Source: Okamejei kenojei (taxonomy: Eukaryota). Taken from it: a DNA stretch of 64,000 nucleotides. Location: assembly GCA_035221665.1 (NCBI GenBank), contig CM069147.1, positions 17,794,001-17,858,000 on the forward strand, given 5' to 3'. Position numbers and translations under genes: made by a program. Positions 27,140 to 39,519 of this stretch are shown here, one piece after another (position 1 is the first letter of the stretch; every line of letters starts with the position of its first letter). A model generated the notes under the pieces. It saw only the letters and a list, made by a program, of their open reading frames with translations. It ran no database searches and was not told the DNA's origin.

Positions 27140-27735
27140 GTGATAGCTGGAGTAAATCAGCAGGTGGGGCAGCATCTCGGGAGAAAAGGAATAGGTGACA
27201 TTTTGGGTGAGGACCCTTCTTCAGACTAACAGTCAGGGGGAAGGGGAAAAAGAGATACAGACGGTGATGTAGAGAGATATAGAACAAATGAATGAAAGAT
27301 ATGCAAAAAAGTAATGATGATCAAGTAAAGGTGGAGCCCACAATGGTCCATTGTTAGCTGTGGGCTAGGTGATAACGAGTTATATAGACAATGAAACTCA
27401 ACATGATGGCAGTGAAACTAGTATGACGACTAGGGTGGGGGAGGGATGTAGCGAGAGAGGGTGCAAGGGTTGCTTGAAGTTAGAGAAATGAATATTCATA
27501 CTGCTGGGTTGTAAGCTGCCCAAGCAAATTATGAGGTGCAGTTCCTCTAATTTGCCTCACTTTGACAATAGAGGAGCCCCAGGACAGAAAGGTCAGTATG
27601 GGATTGGGAAGGGAAGTTAAAGTGTTTGGCAACCGGGAAATCACATAAGCTAAGACAGACGGATCGAAAATGCTCAGCAAAACAATCGCCCAGTCTATGC
27701 TTGGTTCAGTGAAACGATCGCCCAAATGGCTATCA
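27140..27735 (-). mobile_element. Penelope-like element (Neptune-like) 3' fragment: GIY-YIG C-terminus plus pLTR
   Basis: The minus strand gives LGDRF..., PVAKHFNFPSQSHTDLSVLGLLYCQSE..KLEELHLIICLGSLQPSSMNI. This is followed by a pyrimidine-rich UTR and the ctgaagaagggtc...aaaatgtcacc motif. Confidence 0.8.
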
Positions 27736-28208
27736 GTTTTAGAACATAGAACAGTATAGCACAGAAACAAGCCCATCAGCCCATCATGTCTGCACTGATC
27801 ATGTTGCCAATTCTAACTCATCCAATAAGGCTGCACATGGTTCCTATCCCTCCATTCCCTGCCTGTCTAAATCCTTCGTAAATGGTGTTAACGAGTCTGG
27901 TATTTTTATACCATTCAATCAACACAGAGTGCATGTGACCCTCACAACAAAATGGGAAACTCATCTTTACAATGGTTGGAAAGAACTCGCTAAACACTCT
28001 GCGTTTCACTATTTCTGTTAGCCAGTTGAATGTTTTAAATCAATGTTTATGTTAATTACATTGTTAGGAGCAACTCTCTAGTGAAAAGCATATTATTCAT
28101 AATAGAATTCCAATTATAGGCACTTCTCTGGAGATATTTCATCACTTTGTATGCGTCCTTGAACTGTCTTTCACTTACAGTGCAGTTGAGGAATCCTTGT
28201 AACGTTGA

Positions 28209-28355
<147 letters not shown>

Positions 28356-28579
28356 TGAGCCTAGTTACTAGTTACTACTCTAGTCCAGTGTGAAGACACA
28401 TAGTGGTTTCTTCCTGTCATATCAATGGCACTATAACCAGCTAGGAGTAGATATGAGGGAATCATAGACTGTGAATATACCTAACATGAAGAATATAATT
28501 AATACAAAACGCATCTGTAATAGGAGCGGCTTTCGCTGTTACCTTGGTAGTACTATATAGTACTTCATGCTGACCTAAC

Positions 28580-30170
28580 AGCTGGCAAAGAATTCCACAG
28601 ATTCACCATCCTCTGACTAAATAAATTATTGCTCATCTCCTTCTTAAAGAACGTCCTTTAATTCTGAAGCTATGACCTGTAGTCCTAGACTTTCCCACTA
28701 GTGGAAACATCCTCTCCACATCCACTCTATCCAAGCCTTTCATTATTCTGTTTGTTTCAATGAGGTACCCCCTCATTCTTCTAAACTCCAGCGAGTACAG
28801 GCCCAGTGCCGTCAACGCTCATCATATGTTAACCTACTCATTCCTGGGATCATTCTTGTAAACCTTCTCTGGACCCTCTCCAGAGCCAGCACATCCTTCC
28901 TCAGATATGGTGCCCAGAATTGTTCACAATATTCTAAATGCGGCCTGACCAGCGCCTTGTAGAGTCTCAGCATTACATCCCTAACTTACTCTCCTCTCTT
29001 ACCTCCCTTTGTATTGTCAGCACATTTGACTACTATACACTGAGTGCCTTCATCTCCGTCATTCATAGAGATCGTAAATAATGAATGCCCCAGCACTAAC
29101 CTGGCACCCCACCAGTTGCGGTCTACAAATCTGAAAATGACCCATTTATCCTGACTTTCTGATTTCTGTTCATGGCCAAGCCACTTTCTGTGCTAATATA
29201 TTGCCTTGAGCTCTAACCTTACATGATTACCTTTATACAACACCTTAATTAATGCCTTCTGGGATGCAAGAATATTACATCTGCTGGTGGTTTAACTCAG
29301 CATGCCCATTACATTCTCCAAGAATGCTAATAAACCTGATAGACCTGATTTTCCCTTTCCTAAAACCGTTGACTTTGTTTGATCATGTTATAATTTTCAA
29401 AATATACCGCAAATACTTCTATTATAATAGATTCCAGCATTCTCACAATGATAGATATTAGACTGTCCGGCCTATCATTTCCAGCTTTCCGTCTCTGACC
29501 TTTCTTCAATAAGGATGTTACATTTTTGACTCTCTGAAACTTTCTGGAATCTGGAGGATTTTGGAAAATCAGACCCGATGAAGCCGCTGTGTCCACAGCC
29601 CCTTTTTGTCAGCCTGAGATGCAAGTCTTCATACCGTCATTTTGCCCACTGATTGTGTCTCCAATGAGTATGATTGCCCTCCTTTTCTGTTTCAAAATCA
29701 ACTCCTAGTATTGGGATGATTTTATTGTCTTCTATCCATAAAGACAGATACAAAATATTTGGTCAAAGTCTCTATCATCTTTTTTATTTCTCATTATTAA
29801 TTCCCCAATTTCAACTTCTGAGAGACCAAAGTTCACTTTTAGAACTCTCTTACTTTTTATCTACTTGTGGAAATTCCTACTGTCCATTTTCATATTTCTT
29901 TCTCACTTACTCACTAATTAGTTTCTATCTTCTTTGTATTGGTTTCATCATCAGGCTTTTTGGCTATTTTCTAATTCTTCTAAATCTTTTGGTTTTCCAC
30001 TAATGTTTGCGATTTGTTATGCCTTTTGTTTCGATTTTATATCGCCTGCAGCATTCGTAACTTGACTATCCTTCTCATAGAGTCTTTATTTATTTATTTG
30101 AGAAGTATGAAATAACTCCTCAAATGTCTGCCACCCCTTCACCTTTTAAACTGGATTATTACATGCAATG
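28580..30170 (-). mobile_element. CR1 LINE fragments (younger 28580-28985; older RT fragment to ~30170)
   Basis: ALGLYSLEFRRMRGYLIE...LDRVDVERMFPLVGKSRTTGHS; NVTSLLKKGQRRKAGNDRPDSLISII..MLESII. Confidence 0.85.
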
Positions 30171-30580
30171 GAGGGATTTCAGCTCTAGCCAGTACCTTAT
30201 CATTGTATCTACCTGGGCTCTATATTGCAGAACAGTGGGAGAACCAGCACCTTGTATCTTGTAGAACTGCTTCACGTAGGAGCTGATCAGTTGAACACAC
30301 AAGATAATGGAAGTGTCAGACCATTCAGATGTTCTCTGGAGATGGAGGGGCTCACAAAGGGGCTGGTGTGTCAGACTTTTCCATTCCCCAGGGTCTGATT
30401 CGCATCTCAAAAGATTTTTCATTTCATTAAGTGATTTATTTTAAAGATGCGATTACGTAGTTTTCTGAGAGACAGTTTAGATGCCTGGTCACTGGAAATG
30501 ATGCACCTCATGGGAGTTGTTAGCTGGAGAATTTCAGTAATTAGCCTCTACGGGCACAGTCAGACCACAGAGTTTTGATT

Positions 30581-30760
30581 AGGAAAAAACTGCAGATGCT
30601 GGTTTAAATCAAAGGTAGACACAAAATGCTGGAGTAACTCAGCGGTACAGGCAGCATCTCTGGAGAGAAAGAATGGGCGACATTTCAGAACGTTGCCCAT
30701 CCTTTCTCTCCAGAGATGCTGCCTGACCCGCTGAGTTACTCCAGCATTTTGTGTCTACAA
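30581..30760. mobile_element. PLE-derived inverted-dimer (hairpin) element with 10-bp TSD agttttgatt
   Basis: Arms 30615-30682 and 30691-30758 are ~68-bp reverse complements with ~5 mismatches. TSD at 30571-30580 and 30761-30770. Confidence 0.85.
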
Positions 30761-31997
30761 AGTTTTGATTGTTAATCTTTTAAAATGTTACCAATGATTT
30801 AATATAAAAGATCAATATTTACATTTTGAAACAACATTTTTTCCCATTAGAAAAGATAATTGTAAATCGAGGGAGATAAATTTAACTGGTGTATACAAAT
30901 TCTGCACTTCCATACACAGTTTGAAATACAGTTGTATTAGACCATTATTAACAAGGAGTTACTGTACATTATGTGCCCAGACCAGAATGTAATATTCTCT
31001 GCCTGTGCTAGTTCCCTCAAATCTGGACTTACACTAATACTCCCTCTTAACATAAAAAAACGTTTGTGCCCTCAATTTTGTACCCACTCTAATCCTGTGA
31101 CCAACAACCACCATTTAACTTGAGATTAGTGTACAGTTCATGCCCATATCTGGTCATCTGATTAAGACCCACAAGCTTGTACCCAAATCTGTAAGCAGTA
31201 TTTTAACACTATGTTATTGGCAGTGTACCTGGCACTCATGGTTGTCACCCTGAGCCATTACATGAGTGACTGTATATTGAGTAAACAGCATACTGCTGTT
31301 CATTCCATTCCATATATATAACCATTGGAGTGAAATATTTGGAAGTACTATTCCATTACCACTGCCCCAGTGCAACTCACACCCTCCGTACCCAATGAAC
31401 GACTAGAGTGCCAGGCTCCGTCTGTGTTTTTTTTTATCAGTAAAGAACTCTAAACCATTAATAAACCTCTTTAAAACCTGTAATTTGTGAAGAGACATTG
31501 GTTTGTCTAAAAGAGATACAGCTGGAATCAACAGCACAGTGGAAGGACACGCCACCCATCTGATCCACATGTGTGTCAATGTTTCTCACAAGCCTCTCCC
31601 TTTTCTGTCAACCCATTCAGCGCTGACTTATCATCTGATCTCCACTTAAATGTATCTCAACTATTCTATATCCACCCAAATTCAAACCACATTCTGGGTA
31701 AAGATGTTTACATATTAATGACCCTTAGTTTTTGGATTCCCCCCACATCCATATTGCTCTGCCCAGTAAAACCCTACACATGTTCTGAAGAATGGTCTAA
31801 AGAAAGGTCCCAACCTGAAACGTCACCCATTCTTTTTCTCCAGCAATCTGCCTGACCCGCTGAGTTACTCCAGCACTTTGTGTCTATCCTCGGTATGTTC
31901 AGCTCGTTCCCAAGGCTGGGCTACAACTATTTGCAAAATGCTTAAAAGTGAAGGCAGCCACTGCATCCCATTAAAGAAAGTGATTACTTTTTTCCAG

Positions 31998-32127
31998 GCT
32001 GTTTGATGTGGGAGGTCAAAGATCAGAGAGAAAGAAGTGGATCCATTGCTTTGAAGATGTGACCGCGATTATTTTCTGCGTGGCACTGAGTGGCTACGAC
32101 CAAGTGCTTCATGAGGATGAGACCACG
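31998..32127 (+). CDS. GNAO1: G(o) alpha common exon 6 (130 bp), Switch II/III
   Basis: Acceptor ctttttTccAG and donor GTgagt. Translates [43 protein letters not shown], with the G3 motif DVGGQ. Confidence 0.98.
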
Positions 32128-35100
32128 GTGAGTAGGGCTGAGGAAGTAATGCCAAACTGATGCCCAATGTGTGGCCTGGCAGATCATGGGATGTCAATGT
32201 GCATCCTATCAGGCACCTGGATTAGTACCCAGGTATAATCATGGGTTCGCTGATGTGTATGTATGTGTGTGTGAGTGTGTATGAGCAGTACATCAATGTT
32301 CTCAAGTAGTAATGTGATTAAAATCGTAGGAGTGAAACTTAAATTATATTGCCTCTTTGTGTAGAGGGCCTGATGACTTTTTTTGAGAAACTTAATAGAA
32401 GGGGGGATGGAATAGTGATTCCTCTTAATTTATTGCATTTTAACAGTATAATTTGCATTTAATACATTACATTTAAAAATGGTGAAAGTCCTGTGAGATG
32501 TGGATTGCTGCCTCTGCTGTTGTCCGTGAGATACCGAGTACACGTAATGCTGTTTATCTTGTGTTTTTAATGTTATCCATCTCTCAGGATTGTGCTGCCT
32601 CAGGTTTGACTACTTTATTTCTGGTTAAATACATTGTTCTTCACCTAGTGATGTTAAGGAAAATCTTTAGTTTTTCTTGATGCACTGCTGATCAGTATTT
32701 TCTCTTGAAAGTTTTTCACATTTTTAATGTAATGATGAAAATGGCAAAAAAAAAGAAAGAAAATAATGGATTTTATATTACGTTTTAAAATAGAGCTTCA
32801 TGTAGTCAGTGTTGTTGAGTTGTACAGGCATCTGTTTAGTGGCTCTTGCACCTATTATAATTCTGTTCCAAGACCCTCAAACCTATCCAATCAAATCTTC
32901 ACTCATTTAACAAGAAATTATTGCCTGAAAAAAAGTTGTACTTTTGTAAATACGCTTGCAGGATTTTGAAAGCAGCTGACAAGAAAGAGTAGTTAAGACA
33001 ATCATGAAAAAATGATATTACCATCTAATTTCCACTTTATTTCTCTGCCTTTAAAACACTTCTGTAATATGAACTGAGTATTAAGATTCTAGGAGTTGTA
33101 AACTAACAGTTTTGCTTCCTGGGTGAAAGTAGAAGTTTCATTGGAAATAGACAAAAAGCTGGAGTAATTCAGCGGGACAGGCAGCATCTCTGGAGAGAAG
33201 GAATGGGAGGTGTTTTGTAATAGTCCTTCTTCCAGACATAATCGAAAGCTGGCAATGGTTGCTGCCAGATTGCCCAAAATGATTCCCACACACAAACTGG
33301 ACTGTATAATGAGTTATTGATGCATTGTAGAGTTTCCCTCCAGAAGACAGGACACAACTTCATGTTACCATTCTGCGCCCTATCTTGAAATTATGATCAA
33401 AGCACAGAAATCCAGTGATTTTCACTCATTCATTGTGACTGTCAGCTATGCCTTTTTAACTAGATGCTGTGCGCTCCCTATACAAGTTGAATCTAACCAC
33501 CACATAGGACAACATTTTCAAGTCAAGAGTCAAGAGAGTTTATTGTCATGTGTCCCAGATAGGACAATGAAATTCTTGCTTGCTGCAGCACAACAGAATA
33601 TAATAGGCATAAATACAGATCAGATCAGTGTGTCCATATACCATAGAATATATATATACACACACACATAAATAAACAGATAAAGTGCAATAGCTGTTAT
33701 AGTTCCGAGTTTGTTTGAATTTGTGTTTAATAGTTGATGGCTGTGGGGAAGAAGCTGTTCCTGAACTTGGAAGTTGCAGATTTCAAGATGTTTCAATGGA
33801 AGAGTATTTTGGGGATGGTGATTGCAACTCCATAAGTTTTAAGATTGTTTTGAATAGGATGTGTGGACCTTGTGGGGAGGTAAGGCAAATTATAACGTTG
33901 TGAGGCAGGTGCTCAGAAGGGTACATTGGTAGCAGTTGTTAATGGCTAAGTCCACATCTGACAGGTGAGAATCATTTAAAGGCCTGTTGATCAAAGTTCA
34001 TGTCCGACATGTCCCAGTAAGGAGGAGGGATAAGGACGAGTTTCTTTATTTAACACAAAATAAAGGAAATCTTTTATTTCAGATTTGGTCAAAATCTGAA
34101 ATAAAATTATAGAAAGATCCAAGAGGTTGTGTTTATTAAGAATGCTCCCTGAAATGTTTTATGCATTGAAACTATAAGGTAGCAAACTGGATGTCTGTGA
34201 CATTGTTTATTTGCTGCAAAACAGCCATGTAGTGTATCTCGTATCCATTCCGGTTCACAACAGGAATACCGAGCATGCCCATGCTTACCGGTAAATTTAA
34301 AGAAACATGACAAAGTAGTGCTCCTTCATCAGGAGGGTGTGATCATGGCATTTTGTTTAAGTATAATTCCTACCAGAAAAGTATTTAGCACTGCAGGTAA
34401 TAGGGGGAATTCTGACAAAGTTATCTTTATGCACACTTACTGATTGCATTCAGTGCTTCCTGCATGGGTCTGCTTGAAATATTCAAATGATCTCTGTGAA
34501 CATGCTGTTCAAATCCTATCTCCTCTGACTATGTGATTCTTCTGTCCAAATGCATGTGTGATATCAGTCGGGGTTGTAACAAGGATTTCCAGCTTCATCT
34601 CCTCTTAAAGGCAATGTTGGTATGTAAAATAGCAAATAGATGCAAAATGGACTTTTGCACCATTCAAGTACAACGTGGTGAAGTAGAATGGGATTATTTT
34701 GAAACACGTTAATTTTATGGTGTAAGTTGCATTACTCCAGAAGTAAAATGTAATCAAAGTATGATCCTTGTTTGAACATTCAGTGGTTTCTGCCTAAATT
34801 CCACACAATTCATGATGTAAAGTGACAGCTCTCGGGCACACTGTGCAGGTTATTTTGGATTGCACTGGCGTATCAGTGCGGTGTCGCGAGCTGTGTGACC
34901 ATCCCATGACTGGGTGTGCTTCGTCCTCCTTTTGTCTGCTCTCTGGTATCACGACCCAGGGGAAGGAGGTGACCCTGCAGCTACAGCCTCGTGCTACGGC
35001 CTCTTGACACCGCCCACCACCGGCTGAATGTTGCAGACAAAATGCTAATAATGAGATTTTGAGAGAACAACCCAAATTGGCAGGTATGAAGCTTCTCTTG

Positions 35101-35505
35101 ACCAAGAATTGAAAGCAGCAGTGTGACCTCTGGCCTGGATTTTGTTGGGTACACTTTCCATCACTCTGTCCCCTTCGAAGGCTTGCAGACCTTCACCAAA
35201 TTGGTCATTTACTCTGCCTTACTGCTCGCTCTGTAAAATGGCATGTTCTTATGGGATCACATTTTGGCGAGAGACAAATATCTCTGTGAGCTGATACGGT
35301 GCTATTCAGTCACCTCATAAAAATCTTTGTTCCTTCTCTCCGGCCTATTCTTCACCACTTTCAAGTCAATACCACAACAAAGTTTCAGAGGTCAAGAAGA
35401 GGTTAACCACTGACTGTTTTCAAGTCTAGATTAATTCAAGGATCTCTCGACATCCTGGGTTAATGTATCCAATTAATGTATGCCACTGCGCTCTGGTTAC
35501 AAGTC

Positions 35506-35583
35506 TGCATGGATTTTGAACCTAGAGATAGAGAAAGGCAACAAGTCTTTGGCTTTAGTTTACCAGTACATGCATGATGCATG
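35506..35583 (+). promoter_or_regulatory. Cluster of three TGCATG (Rbfox) motifs upstream of exon 7B
   Basis: TGCATG at 35506, 35571 and 35578, with further copies at 34461 and 34551. Confidence 0.5.
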
Positions 35584-35795
35584 AATTATATTATTTATAA
35601 TTATTTGACTTTAAAAGGAATAAAGTCTTGCAGCATAGCATTGTGTAAAATTTGAAAGTACCATTGACCTTCCATAATTAACGTGCATTTAATGTGTAAT
35701 TGTAAAATTATACCTTTGCTCAGCTGCCAAGATAGAAATGTCGCAGTTTGATTGCAAGCATTTGGCATAACCACGGGTGATTCTTTCTATTGCAG

Positions 35796-35949
35796 AATCG
35801 CATGCAAGAGTCACTGAAGTTATTCGACAGTATCTGTAACAACAAATGGTTTACAGACACTTCCATCATCCTTTTCCTTAACAAGATGGACATATTCGAA
35901 TCAAAAATTAAGAAATCACCACTAACTATCTGCTTCCCCGAATACGCAG
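35796..35949 (+). CDS. GNAO1: G(o) alpha alternative exon 7B (Gao2/GoB isoform, 154 bp)
   Basis: Acceptor ttctttctattgcAG and donor GTaaca. Translates [59 protein letters not shown] and DIFE are diagnostic of isoform B. Confidence 0.96.
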
Positions 35950-36057
35950 GTAACATGACCACAGCCAGATCACTAGGGATGGAATTGGGTGGGCTGGGAG
36001 AACAGAGGTTTTTTTAAATCATTTGTTAATTTATTTGAACTTATTTGGCTTAATGTA

Positions 36058-37637
36058 CAATGCCCTCCATAATGTTGGGGACAGACCCATCATGTATTTA
36101 TTTGCCTCTGTACTCCACAATTTGAGATTTGTAATAAAGAAAATCACGTGGTTAAAGTGCACATTGTCAGATTTTATTAAAGGGTATTTTTATACATTTT
36201 GGTTTCACCATGTAGAAATTACAGCTGTGTTTATACATAGTCCCCCCATTTCAGGGCACCACAATGTTTGGGACACATGGCTTCACAGGCATTTGTAATT
36301 GCTCAGATGTTTTTAATTGCCTCCTTAATGTAGGTAAGAGAGTTCCCAGCACCTAGTCTTTCCTCCAGTCTTTTCATCACCTTTGGAAACTTTTATTGCT
36401 GTTTATCAACATGAGGACCAAAGTTGTGCCAATTAATGTCAAAGAAGCCATTATGAGACTGAAAAACAAGAATAAAACTGTTAGAGACATCAGCCAAATC
36501 TTAGGGTTACGAAAATCAACAGTTTGGAACGTCATTAAGAAGTAAGAGAACACTAGTGAGCTTACTAATCGCAAAGGGACTGGCAGGCCAAGGAAGACCT
36601 TCACAACTGATGACAGAAGAATTCTCTCTTTAATTAAAAAAAATCCCCAAACATCTGTCCGACAGATCAGAAACACTTTTCAGGAGTCAGGTGTGGACGT
36701 GTCAATGACCACTGTCCGCAGAAGACTTCACGAACAGCAATACAGAGGTTACACTGCAAGATGAGAACCACTGGTTAGCCGCAAGATAGGATGGCCGGGG
36801 TACAGTTTGCCAAGAAGTACTTAAAAGAGCAACCACAGTTCTGGAAAAAGGTCTTGTGGACAGATGAGATGGACATTAACTTATATCAGAGTGATGCCAA
36901 GAGCAAAGTATGGAGGAGAGAAGGAACTGCCCAAGATCCAAAGCATACCACTCATCTGTGAAACACGGTGGTGGGGGTGTTATGGCCTGGGCATGTATGG
37001 CTGCTGAAGGTACTGGCTCACTTATCGTCATTGATGATACAACTGCTGATGGTAGTAGCATAATGAATTCTGAAGTGTATAGACACATCCTATCTGCTCA
37101 AGTTCAAACAAATGCCTAAAAACTCATTGGCTGGCGGTTCATTCTACAGCAAGACAATGATCCCAAACATACTGCTAAAGCAACAAAGGAGTTTTTCAAA
37201 GCTAAAAAATGGTCCTTGAGTGGCCAAGTCAATCACCCAATCTGAACCCAATTGAGCTTGACTTTTATACGCTGAAGAGAAAACTGAAGGGGACTGAAGA
37301 AGACACCCAGCAACTGGTGATGCCCATGAATCGCAGACTTCAAGCAGTCATTGCAGGCAAAGGATATGCAACAAAATACTAAAGATGACTACTTTAATTT
37401 ACATGACATTGCTATGTCCCAAACATTATGGTGCCCTGAAATGGGAGGACTATGTATAAATACTGCTGTAATTTCTACATGGTGATGCCAAAATATATAA
37501 AAATGCCTTTATTAACATCTGACAATGTGCACTTTAACCACGTGTGATTTTTTTTCTATTACAAATGTCAAATTGTGGAGTACAGGGGCAAATAAATAAA
37601 TGAAGGGTCTTTGTCCCAAACATTATGGAGGGCACTG
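36058..37637 (+). mobile_element. Tc1/mariner (DD34E, IR/DR type) DNA transposon, decayed
   Basis: TA on both sides (36056-57, 37638-39). ~220-bp TIRs (36058-~36277 and ~37415-37637), each with outer and inner direct repeats (ca[t/c]aatgtt[t/g]gggaca). Encloses a transposase pseudogene. Confidence 0.95.
36411..37382 (+). pseudogene. Tc1 transposase pseudogene
   Basis: MRTKVVPINVKEAIMRL... with an HTH region, GRPRKT, VLWTDE, KHGGGGVMAWAC, QQDNDPKH, WPSQSPNLNPIE and GYATKY*. Several in-frame stops, frameshifts and an internal deletion. D-to-E spacing reconstructs to 34. Confidence 0.93.
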
Positions 37638-37897
37638 TACATTAAGCCAAATAAGTTCAAATAAATTACCAAATGATTAAAAAAAACCTCTGTTCTCCCA
37701 GCCCACCCCAAACATTATGGAGGGCAGTGTACATCCTTTGATTGATAGTGCAAAATATGCCAAGTCATCGTGATCACCCTGTTCAAAAAATTTACTTCAA
37801 AGCAGTTGTGTTAAGGAATAGGACAAAAATATTGTTGGCATATAACCAAGTGGAAATGTCCAAAATAACCAATGAACCCCACGAGTCTATCGATGAT

Positions 37898-38428
37898 TCA
37901 TCCATCTATTTCAACCAGTGCTCCTGCAATTTCTTCTCTCGCCTCCCACAGTGTCCTCGGATATATCTGATCAGGCCCAGGAGATTTATCCACCTTCATA
38001 TGTCGTAGGACGTCGAGCACCTCCTCAACTGTAATACAGACTGTTCTCAAGACATCTCCATTAACTGTTTCAGACTCCCCAGACTTCATGACTTTCTCCA
38101 CAGTAAAAACAGAGGAGAAATAGTCATTGAGGACCTTGCCCGTCTCCTGTGGCTCCACATGGAGATGACCATTTTGGTTTCAGAGGCGTCCTATTCTCTC
38201 GAGTTATACTCTTTCCCATAAAATACATAAAATCTCTTTGGATTTTCTTTAATATTATCTGCCTGAGCTATCTCCTACATCCTTTATGCCTTGATTTCCT
38301 TCTTAAGCCTCCTCCACAGTTTCCGAAACTCCTCCAGGGATACGCTTGATCTCAGCTGCCTATACCTGTCCCATGCCTCCATTTTCCTGACCAGAGCTTC
38401 AATTTCTCTTATCACCCAGGCTTCCTGC
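37898..38428 (-). mobile_element. CR1 LINE ORF2 internal fragment
   Basis: VLNDYFSSVFTVE...VLRHMKVDKSPGPDQIYPRTLWEAREEIAGAL. Confidence 0.88.
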
Positions 38429-38907
38429 TATGTCCTGTGTTCTAACAATCCCAGTGAAAGATTAGGTGAATGCCTTCCTCTGCACCAATACTGTTGATGC
38501 TTTCATTTTCATTTGTGTGTCTGCGAGTGATTTGGTAACAATATTTCTCAGCTTTCGAAGATCCAGGATTAAATAGAGAAATATGTGTTTTCAGATTTTT
38601 TTGACATTGAAATTCAAAAAGCTGAAGAGGGTGCTGGAAATCTGAAATAAAAACAGAAAATATGGAGCAAAGCACACTGTGGAAGGAGATACAAGGTTAA
38701 TGATTCAGATCAAAGACCCTTGATCAGAATTGTTATTAACTCTGCTTCACTTTCCACATACTTACTGTATTTACTGTATGCTGCCGGACTTGCTGAGTTT
38801 TTCCCAGTGTGTTCTGCTTTTATTTCAAAACCTGCAGATTGATCTGAGAGGCTGATGTTTATCACCAGAAAACAATACTGTCGAGAATAAGGAGAATCAT
38901 TTTCAAT

Positions 38908-39440
38908 ATATAGGAAGGAACTGCAGGTGCTGGTTTAAATCGAAGATAGACACAAAATGCTGGAGTAACTCAGCGGGACAGGCAGTATCTCTAGAGAGAA
39001 GGAATGGGCAAAGTTTCGGGTCGAGACCCTCCTTCAGACTGCTGTCAGGAGAGTGGGAGGTATATATATAAGCAATTGTATAGATAGGGAAGTGCAAGGT
39101 GTGAAAACAGGACAATGGAATAGGGATCAAGGAAAATGTAGAATAGATCATTGTTAGTTGGGAGAAGGTAACAACAAAGCAAACAGAAATATAATGTAGT
39201 CGGAGACAGTGGGACTGGTTGGAGAACTGGGAAGGGGGAGTGGGTGGAGAGAGAGGGAAAGCAAGGGGTACTTGAAGTTAGAGAAGTCAATGTTCATACC
39301 GCTGAGGTGTAAGCTGCCCAAGCTAAATATGAGGTGCTATTCCTCCAATTTGCACTGGGCCTCACTCTGACAATGGAGGAGTCCCAGGACAGAACGGTCA
39401 CTATGGGAATTGGAGGGATTTAAAACTGTTTAGCAACCGG
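38908..39440 (-). mobile_element. Penelope-like element 3' fragment (GIY-YIG tail plus pLTR), ending ~80 nt before the 8B acceptor
   Basis: The minus strand gives HSDRSVLGLLHCQSEAQCKLEE*HLIFSLGSLHLSGMNIDFSNFK, then the same terminal sequence as the other copies. Confidence 0.82.
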
Positions 39441-39519
39441 TTAACCGGAAAAAACAATTTTCAATATTGCTGATGCTGTTTTTTCCCTGTGTCTGTGTGT
39501 CTGTCTCTCTCTGTTTCAG

